Part shown: piece after piece, positions 27,066-34,886 of the stretch
How the letters are laid out: every line of letters begins with the position of its first letter
Position numbering within the stretch: position 1 is the first letter of the stretch
Source: Candidatus Latescibacterota bacterium
GTDB lineage: Bacteria > Latescibacterota > UBA2968 > UBA8231
DNA length: 64,000 bases
Reading direction: 5' to 3'
Assembly (NCBI GenBank): GCA_965217585.1
Contig: OZ244561.1
Location: 4,736,001 to 4,800,000 of the forward strand
The notes under the pieces: generated by a model
What the model saw: only the letters and a program-made list of their open reading frames with translations
What the model was told of the DNA's origin: nothing
The model's database searches: none
Program-made: the position numbers and the translations under genes

Positions 27066-28085
27066 TCATGGATTTTCTCCTCTTGCTCGGGTGCCTCTCT
27101 CCCTCCCGCGGGCGGTGAGCCGATACTTTTGGTTTTTCGCGGTGGGCGATTCGGGGCGGGTCATTTCCACCAGCCCGGCGGATAAGGCCGGGCGAATGTA
27201 GTTTTTGCGGAATGCAGGACGATGCGACAGTCCCATAGCCGCCATGAGTTCAGCGGCGGTTTTCGGGCCTGTCCGCAGGGCCGCGAGTAGCCGCGCTACT
27301 TGGTCGCTTACTTGGTCGCTTACTTGGTCGCTTACCGTGGAGGACTGGAGAGCCGCCAGAATAATCTCCAGCATGAACGCAATGAACGGCGTACTCTCGC
27401 CCGCTGCCGAACTTTGCCTAATGGCTTCGTAGTAGTCGCCTTGGCGGGCATGAGCCAGACTCTCTACCGGGATGTGGGCGAACAGGGCTTTCCAGCGGGT
27501 CAGAATCAGAGTCTGCCAGAGCCGCCCCATCCGTCCATTGCCGTCCTCAAAGGGGTGAATGAACTCAAACTCATAATGGAAGACCGAACTGGCAATTAGC
27601 GGGTGCTCATCGGTACTGCCCAGCCATGCCAACAAGTTTGCCATGAGTTGCGGTACGCGCTGGGCGGGCGGCCCGATGTGATGGATTTCGCCGCCGCCCA
27701 TAACGCCAACGCCGGTGCGGCGGTACTGTCCGGGCGCATCCAATAGGCCGGTCAGCAAAATTTCGTGAATGCGCAGAAGGTCGGCCTCACTGGCGGGGTT
27801 GCACTGCTGGTATTGATCGTAGGCTGCAATGGCGTTGCGGGCTTCCCGAATGTCTCTCAGCGGGGCAACGACGGGCTTGCCGTCGAGAATCGTGGAGATT
27901 TGCTCCTCGCTGAGGATGTTGCCTTCAATAGCGAGCGAGCCACAAATCGTGCGGATGCGATTGATGCGTCGCAGACGCAGATCCTGTGAAAGGCTCACTG
28001 CCTCGGCCCGGCCAATCGCTTCACCGATTTGTTCAATGCGAAAAAGGAGGTCCGGCGCGATGGTGTATGGTGGCTTTTCGATCAT
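27066..28085 (-). CDS. fic: Fic family protein with C-terminal HTH
   Basis: HPFEDGNGRMGR Fic motif, SLAIEGN inhibitory-type motif, SDQV repeated three times, QKYRLT. Confidence 0.93.
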   Translation of the reverse strand: MIEKPPYTIAPDLLFRIEQIGEAIGRAEAVSLSQDLRLRRINRIRTICGSLAIEGNILSEEQISTILDGKPVVAPLRDIREARNAIAAYDQYQQCNPASEADLLRIHEILLTGLLDAPGQYRRTGVGVMGGGEIHHIGPPAQRVPQLMANLLAWLGSTDEHPLIASSVFHYEFEFIHPFEDGNGRMGRLWQTLILTRWKALFAHIPVESLAHARQGDYYEAIRQSSAAGESTPFIAFMLEIILAALQSSTVSDQVSDQVSDQVARLLAALRTGPKTAAELMAAMGLSHRPAFRKNYIRPALSAGLVEMTRPESPTAKNQKYRLTARGRERGTRARGENP

Positions 28086-28121
28086 ACAACCTTTCCCAAC
28101 AGTCGTCGCAGTCGCATAAAA

Positions 28122-31100
28122 CTACACCGCCTGCTGCCCAGCCCCGGCAAACGCCTTTTCCACCTCGTCATGATACCCTTGGCGGATCCCCGGCGACAGG
28201 GTGCGCCACACGAGGAATCGCTTGCGCAGCACATTGAGGAACTTGCGATTCATTCGCTGCCAAGAGGCCATGTCGCCGCTGAGGCGCTCGATGTGGGTCT
28301 CGATCTTGTAGATGTGGTGCTCGCCGGTGGGGGTCGCCTGCAGGCGCACCTGCTGGCTGATCCCTAGGTCGTAGGGCGCCAGCCAAGTGCGCATGGCAAT
28401 GGCGTAGGATGGCTCCGGCCCGTCTGCGGCGACGGCTAGCTCGACGTCGCGGGCGATGAAGTCGCCGATCGAGCCTTCGCCATACGCGGCGAAGACCGAC
28501 TTGAGGTACACGTACATGCTCGGCACCTCGGCCCCGCCGACTGTGAAGGGAAAGTCAAAGCGCCAGTGGTCGCCGACGGGCGGGGGGAATTGCCATTGCC
28601 GCGTCACGTCCGGGACGGCCATGTTGGCCGCCAAGCGCGCTGGATACAAGGTCGATAAATAAACTGTGCCGATGACGACGACCGTAGCCCACACCGCAGA
28701 GAGCGACGAGTAGTTGAGCGTCAGGCCGGCGAGCAGCCCGTATTGCAGCATGAACAGATGGGCGATTTGGCCTAGGGCGTAGCCGACCACCGCGCCAAAG
28801 GTGGCAAAGACCGTGGATTCGGCGAGAAACAGCAGGCCGATGTGGCTGGGGGCCAAGCCAACGACGCTGTAGATGCCGATTTCGCGCACGCGCTCATACA
28901 CGGCCCCCATCATGGTATTGAGCACGATCAAGGCGGCGATAATCACCGGCACCAAAAGCTGACCGGCCCCGCTTATTTCGGTGGAGCCGATCGAGCTGTA
29001 GGCCACGACGCGATCGCCTTGGCCGACGAACAGGGTCAGCGCCACCCGCGACATGAAGGATTCCACGCGCCGGACAAATTCCGGGTCGTCCGCGTCCGCA
29101 GCAATGGCGATGGAGCGCAGGCGGCCATCCATAGCGCGGACGCGCTGGTAGGGCAAGAAGAGGGTGTTGATTACTTCGAGGTGGTTGAAGGTCTCGACTG
29201 CGGTGGCGGCCAAGGCGCGCGGATCCTCGGTGCTCTCGCGGGTGATGAGACCGGCGTCTTTGACCGTATCTACGGGCGTTAAGCGCTCGCCATCGAGATC
29301 GACGACCTCTTTCAGGGCCGCGCTGTCGAACAGGCCGATGACTTGGTACTCCTCGCCGTAGAGTGTGATGGTAGCCGTGCCCACGTCCTCGGCCCCAACG
29401 CCGACGAGCGCGGCTAGGCTGTCGGGCAAGATGACGACCTTGTCGTCGCCCGCCGCGAAGAAGCGGCCAGCCGAAATGTGCGCGTCGAGGCCGGTGACCT
29501 CGGCTTCGGCTGGCTGTAGGCCCACCAAGCCGTGCGCGAAACTAGCCGCGCCGGTCGAAGTGACGGCAAAGTCGATAAAGGCTCGTTCGGATTCGACCGG
29601 CGACAAGTACCAGGCGCGCGGCACGACTAAGGCGCGGTCGCCGAATGCGCTCTGCACGTAGTCCAAGATGGAATCCTGCATGCCGCGCCAGGCGCGGTCG
29701 CGGATGAGGCCACCCTCGTACAGGGGCGGGGTGTCGCGCGGCAGGCGATAGAAGTCGAGGCTGGATTTGACCGAGGTAAAGGAATTGACGGTAAAGGTCA
29801 AAAAGGTCAGGGTCGCGGCCGTCAGTGCGGTGCGCAGGCGGCGCTTACTCAAGTTGGAGATGCCCAACAGCACGGCCGCAAAACCCGCGGCGATGCGCCC
29901 CACGTCGGTCTCGTGTACGCCCGCGGCCGCGCCCTTGCGCCGCTGCAGCAGCGCCTTGAAGCGCGCGACGACGATGAAGATGACGAGGACGCCCAAGGCG
30001 AGGATGACAAACGCGAGGAAGATGATGTACGGCGAGGAACTCAGCTTGAAGGCCGGATGGACGAAGCGCAGGATCAAAAACACGAGGACGAAGATGCCGA
30101 CAAAGCCGGCGATTTGCCGCCGCACGTCCGGGAAGCCGAAGAAGAAGCGCTCGCAGAAGAAGGCAAAGGGCAACAGCAGTGCGAAGTAGAAAATCACCGC
30201 GCGGACCGCGTCGTTGGCGGTAGCCTTGACTTCCGGGTAGATGCGGGCCTCCAGCCCGAGGGCGCGGCGCACCGCACGCTGGTAGCCGGTGTAATCGAAC
30301 GCCGCGAGTTTGTCGCGAGCCTCAAGCAGAGCCTCCCGCGCCTGATCGTGCATGGCCTGTAGCTGTTCGAGGACGATGCCGTGGCGCACCATTTGTTTGA
30401 TCCGCGCCTCGTCGAGGATCCAGATGTCGCGGGCCGCCTGCAATGCCGGGTAGGGAATGAGGCCTTGTTCGACTGGGAAGCCCGCGCCCTGTGCCCGCTC
30501 AATGGTCGCCAGATCGACACCGGCCGGATCGAGTTCGGCGAATAGGGCGGAGTCCGCGTTGGTGAGCATGTAGCGCACGCCGGCGAGCGCGCTCTCGCCG
30601 CCAAAGGCTCCTTCGCCAGCGAGGATTTTGACGCGGGTGCCCGGCTCGGCGAAGACCACGCCGGCCTGTACCACTCGATCCTGCACCGCGCTTTGGTTTT
30701 CGATGTAGCTGAGGGAAAAGGAGCGCGGCGGCGCGTCGTTGGTGCCGAGGACGTTGACGCGGTCCATGGCCGATAGGTAGCGCGGATCGACCACCTCCAA
30801 GAAGCTCAGGGCGCGGCAGCGAAACAGGACCTGCAACATGCGGTTTTCCCACCAGCCATACGGCTGGGTGCCCGGGTAGGTTTTGTCGCCTTCCTCGCCG
30901 AGGTCGGGCGCGGAGACGATGCGCCCGTATGCGTCGAGTTCAAAGGCTTGGATCCGGTTGGCAAAGCGGTTGCGCACGATGTCGAACTTGAAGTAGCCGC
31001 TCTCATCCCCGTGCGTGGCCATAAGGGTGCGCACGCCGGCCACGGAGTTGGGGCCGGGCTGGAGATAGGTGACGAGGGCGTTGGGCACCGGAGCCTTGGG

Positions 31101-32717
31101 CACGGCAAAATTCACGTCGCGGTCGAACCAGTAAATGTTGCCCGCTAGGCTGTGGCCCCAATCACGCAGGGTCAGCTTGGTGTCGTTGAAAAAGTCCGGG
31201 TCGGAAGCGGCCTTGAGCATCAGCCCGCCTATGGTGCGGGTCTGGGCGGCGAGGTTGTCGAGCGCGACGAATTCGAGCCGGTCGAGGGGCGTATCGACGC
31301 GCTGGCGCAGTTGGTTGGGCGTGACAAAAGAGAGCGCCTCCTTGCCCACGAAGGCTGCGGCCTCGCTGTCGAGGGCTAGCCGCACGGGCATGAAGTTTTT
31401 CCACACTCGCTTCTGCGGGGCCACGGCGTCTTGGTAGCGAGCCGAGTCGGCGAAAATCTCGCGGTTATAGCGGGCAAAGCGCGAGGCGTAGTGCGCCATC
31501 AGGTTCTTTTGATAGTCGTCGTTGCGCCAAGCCGAGTTGTAGAACGTGCCCATAGTGAAGCTGCCGACCTGGGGGCTGTGGCTGGCCAAGTCGAGGCCGA
31601 CGAAAAGGCGGAAGTCGATGCGTTCGGCGGGCGGGATCTGGTCGCGGAAATGCTCGCTTTTGCGCGCGTGGCGGTAGAGGAAATCGTTGACGCCGGCCAA
31701 GCCCTGAAAGTGCCCGGGGGTGGCCAAAAAGAGCACGGTGTAGCGGGTGCCTGCGGCGACGAGCAAGCGCGCGATTTCGAGCAGCGCCGCCATACCGGTC
31801 GCGTTCTCGGCCCCTGGGGCCAGCGCGGGGACGACTGAGATCGCGTCGTAGTGCGCTTGCAGGACGATGATTTGGTCGCCCCACTGCTGAATTTCGCGGC
31901 GCTGACCGCGCGGCATGTCCTCGGCCAAGCCGGGGAGGACGGCGAATATATTGCGCGCCTGGACCTGCTCCCAGTCCATGTGCGCTGCGAGATGCACCTC
32001 GGCGTCGCCGCTGCGTGCTCGCTGCCGCAGGATTTCCGCGTCGGCTGCTTCCACCCAAAAGCGCGGGATGTCCACGGGCACTTGGAGGAATTTTTCGGCG
32101 GCCTCGCTGCGGGTGACGCGGCCATCGTCGTACAGCAGAATAGCTTGCGCGCCCAAGGCCCGCGCTTCGACGTGGGCGTTGCCCGAGCCAAATCCCATCA
32201 GCGCGACGCTGCCCGCTAGCTGCTGGCCGTCCATTTCGGCTAAGCTGCCGCGCCCCATGTCTATGAGGTGACCGGAGACGCCGCCCGGCGGCAGGGACGG
32301 CGGGCGCACGTGATTGGGCCACAATCCGTAGATGGGGATAGCTGCGTCTGAGCCGGCCAAGCGGAGCCGACCTCCGCGATCTATGGGGACGGAAAGAGAA
32401 AAAAATTCGCTGGTGACTTGGAGGCCGAGGCGGCGGAATTCCCCTTCGATATAGCGGGCCGCGTTGGTGGCGCCCGCATAGCCGGTGACGCGGGACGAGT
32501 CCGCGGTGAGGATGCGGAGGTGGCGCTCTAGATCGGCGGCGTTTATTTGCGCGACGGCTTCGCGCAGCGAGGGCGCTTGGTCGGTCGCCGGAGATTCGCG
32601 CAGGGGCACCCAGCCAATGGTCCGTTCAATCCAGCGCGAAATTGTGGCCGGGTCAAAGACCGTGACCGATAGCAGGAAGAAAGCCGCGGTGGCGAATAGG
32701 AGGAATTTGGTCAGCAT
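28122..32717 (-). CDS. Fusion of an M28-peptidase-like periplasmic domain and a MacB/FtsX-like permease
   Basis: SRVTGYAG, AHYD, PGAENATG, LFLATPGH; C-terminal RRLRTALT and VYERVREIGIYSVVGLAP...FLAES; start ATG 32717. Confidence 0.82.
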   Translation of the reverse strand: MLTKFLLFATAAFFLLSVTVFDPATISRWIERTIGWVPLRESPATDQAPSLREAVAQINAADLERHLRILTADSSRVTGYAGATNAARYIEGEFRRLGLQVTSEFFSLSVPIDRGGRLRLAGSDAAIPIYGLWPNHVRPPSLPPGGVSGHLIDMGRGSLAEMDGQQLAGSVALMGFGSGNAHVEARALGAQAILLYDDGRVTRSEAAEKFLQVPVDIPRFWVEAADAEILRQRARSGDAEVHLAAHMDWEQVQARNIFAVLPGLAEDMPRGQRREIQQWGDQIIVLQAHYDAISVVPALAPGAENATGMAALLEIARLLVAAGTRYTVLFLATPGHFQGLAGVNDFLYRHARKSEHFRDQIPPAERIDFRLFVGLDLASHSPQVGSFTMGTFYNSAWRNDDYQKNLMAHYASRFARYNREIFADSARYQDAVAPQKRVWKNFMPVRLALDSEAAAFVGKEALSFVTPNQLRQRVDTPLDRLEFVALDNLAAQTRTIGGLMLKAASDPDFFNDTKLTLRDWGHSLAGNIYWFDRDVNFAVPKAPVPNALVTYLQPGPNSVAGVRTLMATHGDESGYFKFDIVRNRFANRIQAFELDAYGRIVSAPDLGEEGDKTYPGTQPYGWWENRMLQVLFRCRALSFLEVVDPRYLSAMDRVNVLGTNDAPPRSFSLSYIENQSAVQDRVVQAGVVFAEPGTRVKILAGEGAFGGESALAGVRYMLTNADSALFAELDPAGVDLATIERAQGAGFPVEQGLIPYPALQAARDIWILDEARIKQMVRHGIVLEQLQAMHDQAREALLEARDKLAAFDYTGYQRAVRRALGLEARIYPEVKATANDAVRAVIFYFALLLPFAFFCERFFFGFPDVRRQIAGFVGIFVLVFLILRFVHPAFKLSSSPYIIFLAFVILALGVLVIFIVVARFKALLQRRKGAAAGVHETDVGRIAAGFAAVLLGISNLSKRRLRTALTAATLTFLTFTVNSFTSVKSSLDFYRLPRDTPPLYEGGLIRDRAWRGMQDSILDYVQSAFGDRALVVPRAWYLSPVESERAFIDFAVTSTGAASFAHGLVGLQPAEAEVTGLDAHISAGRFFAAGDDKVVILPDSLAALVGVGAEDVGTATITLYGEEYQVIGLFDSAALKEVVDLDGERLTPVDTVKDAGLITRESTEDPRALAATAVETFNHLEVINTLFLPYQRVRAMDGRLRSIAIAADADDPEFVRRVESFMSRVALTLFVGQGDRVVAYSSIGSTEISGAGQLLVPVIIAALIVLNTMMGAVYERVREIGIYSVVGLAPSHIGLLFLAESTVFATFGAVVGYALGQIAHLFMLQYGLLAGLTLNYSSLSAVWATVVVIGTVYLSTLYPARLAANMAVPDVTRQWQFPPPVGDHWRFDFPFTVGGAEVPSMYVYLKSVFAAYGEGSIGDFIARDVELAVAADGPEPSYAIAMRTWLAPYDLGISQQVRLQATPTGEHHIYKIETHIERLSGDMASWQRMNRKFLNVLRKRFLVWRTLSPGIRQGYHDEVEKAFAGAGQQAV

Positions 32718-32736
32718 TGAACGGGTGCCGGACAGC

Positions 32737-32766
32737 AAAAGAGGCAGGCCGCGGGGCCTGCCCCTA
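32737..32766 (-). terminator. Intrinsic terminator-like hairpin inside the operon
   Basis: Minus strand: aggggcaggcc-ccgc-ggcctgcctct followed by ttt. Confidence 0.65.
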
Positions 32767-32791
32767 AGTTATCCGGCTTGGCTGGTCTTGG

Positions 32792-33556
32792 CTAGTTGGT
32801 CGCCAGTTTGTCGATGTTTTTGACCTTCTTAATGTCGCGCTTGAAGCGGAAGCGGAGGTCAATGGTCTCCACGGGTTCGTTGCGGAAGTTGTAGCGCAAC
32901 CCGAGCTCGGGAATCTCGACGACGACCTCGGCGACATCGTCGTGGATCTTGGAAAACATCACGTAGCCTTCGACCTCTTGCCCTGAAAAGCAAAACTCGT
33001 CGTCTGGGTACTTGGCGTGGGTGTAGAGGTCGCTGCGCTCCTTGAAGCGCAAATAGCCCAAGCCGTTGAAAGCTAGCGGGAAGCGCCGGAAGTACTCCTT
33101 CATGTCATAACCCCCCCAAGGATAATACTGCCGCCCATTCGCAGACTCCACGTTCACCATTAGCGGGTCGAACTTGACTTTGGGGTATTCGTAGTTTTTG
33201 ACCGTGATCTTGAAGATGGACAAGCGCTGCGGCGACTTGCCCGTGCGCGGATCAATCCAATTGCCATAGGTGAAAGGATTGGATGGCAGTTCGTCGGTCG
33301 GACCACTGGCGTTGGTGGACTCGGTCGGGAACTGGCGGTTGATCTCCTCATCGGTCATGGGTCGCACGGACACTTCGAGGCGGTTATGTACGAAGGTGAC
33401 CGTGCCGTCGTCGAGGATTCTCATGCTCGACCCTTGAATGTCGGTCTGCTGCTGGGCCGCCTCGAAGGGCTGAAACCGCCCGGGAACTAGGTAGTGGCCG
33501 CAGCCCAACAAGAGGGTCGCAGCGGCGAGGATGGAAATTTTTTGGTAAGCGTACAT
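32792..33556 (-). CDS. Uncharacterised lipoprotein
   Basis: Start MYAYQKISILAAATLLLGC (lipobox) behind GAGGAG; the upstream ORF extension overlaps the neighbouring gene. Confidence 0.8.
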   Translation of the reverse strand: MYAYQKISILAAATLLLGCGHYLVPGRFQPFEAAQQQTDIQGSSMRILDDGTVTFVHNRLEVSVRPMTDEEINRQFPTESTNASGPTDELPSNPFTYGNWIDPRTGKSPQRLSIFKITVKNYEYPKVKFDPLMVNVESANGRQYYPWGGYDMKEYFRRFPLAFNGLGYLRFKERSDLYTHAKYPDDEFCFSGQEVEGYVMFSKIHDDVAEVVVEIPELGLRYNFRNEPVETIDLRFRFKRDIKKVKNIDKLATN

Positions 33557-33578
33557 GGAACACTCCTCTCTGACGGAC

Positions 33579-34886
33579 TTATAGCTCGACTGGATTTGCA
33601 GCCTGTCTGCGCCGGGAGACAAATTCCCCCAACGGCCCTTCCTCCACCGCGACGACCGCGGCGTATTTCTCGCGCAGTTGCTCGATGTAGCGGTCGAATA
33701 GGGGCACGGCTTGAGCGTCGCGCAAATCGCGCACGACTTGCGCTTGCAGTTGTCGCCCGACTGCCCCCGAGCGGACGTAGCGTTGCGCGTTGGCCTCGTA
33801 AAAGGCGCGTACCTGCGCGGGGTCAATCTGAATGTGCGCGAAAATTTCCCGCTCCCACAAGGCCTGGATGAGCTTCTGTTCGCGCACCGTTGCGCGGCGC
33901 GGCTCCAACTCGGCGTAAAGATTGTGCTTGCGCGCCTCCTGCGGCAGAATCTGGTCGACGACAAAGGCTCGCGTCACCTTGAACCCGAGGGCGCTGACAT
34001 CGGTCGGCAGCGGCTCGGCGTCTGCACCGAGCCGGACGAGGGCCTGCTGATAGTCTGCCGTGCTCCAGTCGCCCGCGTTACTGCGGACCAACCGTACCTC
34101 TGGCCGCGCCGCACCCGCGACGACCTGTCGCAATGCAGCCGTGTCTAACTGCACCGCGTATTGGCTTGTCAACTGTTCTAGATAGGCCAAGTTCGCCTGT
34201 TGCTTCTTGTGCCGAGTGAGGGCCGCTTCCACGAGTGGGCGGCGGTCCGCCAATGAGACCTCGCGCTCGGCCGCAATGGTTATCAACAAATACTGCCCGT
34301 CGGTTTCCACCAACTCAACGTCCCCCACTTCGCGCAGGAAAAGGGCGGCCCCGCGCGCGTCGCCTGCGTTGAGCGCGTTGAGCCATCCGCTCTCGCCCCA
34401 CTCCCCGGGCAAATCTGCTCCATCCTGAGCTTTTCTGAGCATCTCCATGGCCGCGGCCCGCTCGCGCACGGGCAGGCGACGCAGGCGAATTTCGCGGGCC
34501 GCGCCCGATTCGGCGAAGAATTCCGCAAGCTCCGTTTCCGCATGAGCCAACTGCTCGCCCATCTCGCGCACGAGCAATTGCTCGACTAGCGCTTTGCGCT
34601 CCCAAGCTGCCACCGCACCGGCGACCGCTTCGTCTAGCCCTTGGGCACGGGCTTCGAGCAGCAGGAGTTCCTTGTCGATGAGGGCCTGAAATTGGCGTCG
34701 CCAATCCGCGAGAGTCTGAGCTTCACTGCCGGCGGGTAGCTTTTCTAGGGCCGCGGCAAAATCCCGCTCGCTAATCTCAGCCTCGCCCACCCGGGCCAAG
34801 ACCGCCGCCGCGCTTTCTGGCGGTGCGTCGGCACAGGCCCAGAATCCCAAGGCTAGGAGGGCCGCCTGCGGCTTTAGAAGCTCCAT
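33579..34886 (-). CDS. SurA/PrsA-like chaperone lipoprotein with degenerate PpiC domain
   Basis: FWAC lipobox, VLARVGEAEIS, LIDKELLLLEARAQGLD, VRAFYEANAQRY. Confidence 0.7.
   Translation of the reverse strand: MELLKPQAALLALGFWACADAPPESAAAVLARVGEAEISERDFAAALEKLPAGSEAQTLADWRRQFQALIDKELLLLEARAQGLDEAVAGAVAAWERKALVEQLLVREMGEQLAHAETELAEFFAESGAAREIRLRRLPVRERAAAMEMLRKAQDGADLPGEWGESGWLNALNAGDARGAALFLREVGDVELVETDGQYLLITIAAEREVSLADRRPLVEAALTRHKKQQANLAYLEQLTSQYAVQLDTAALRQVVAGAARPEVRLVRSNAGDWSTADYQQALVRLGADAEPLPTDVSALGFKVTRAFVVDQILPQEARKHNLYAELEPRRATVREQKLIQALWEREIFAHIQIDPAQVRAFYEANAQRYVRSGAVGRQLQAQVVRDLRDAQAVPLFDRYIEQLREKYAAVVAVEEGPLGEFVSRRRQAANPVEL

Noticed and set aside
27292-27335. 12-bp tandem repeat in fic (SDQV x3)
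   Set aside because: Short repeats in this linker are common in Fic-HTH proteins, and it is in frame, so it is not a phase-variation switch.
33557-33964. N-terminal extension of the 390-aa ORF
   Set aside because: It overlaps the chaperone gene; the RBS and lipobox place the start at 33556.
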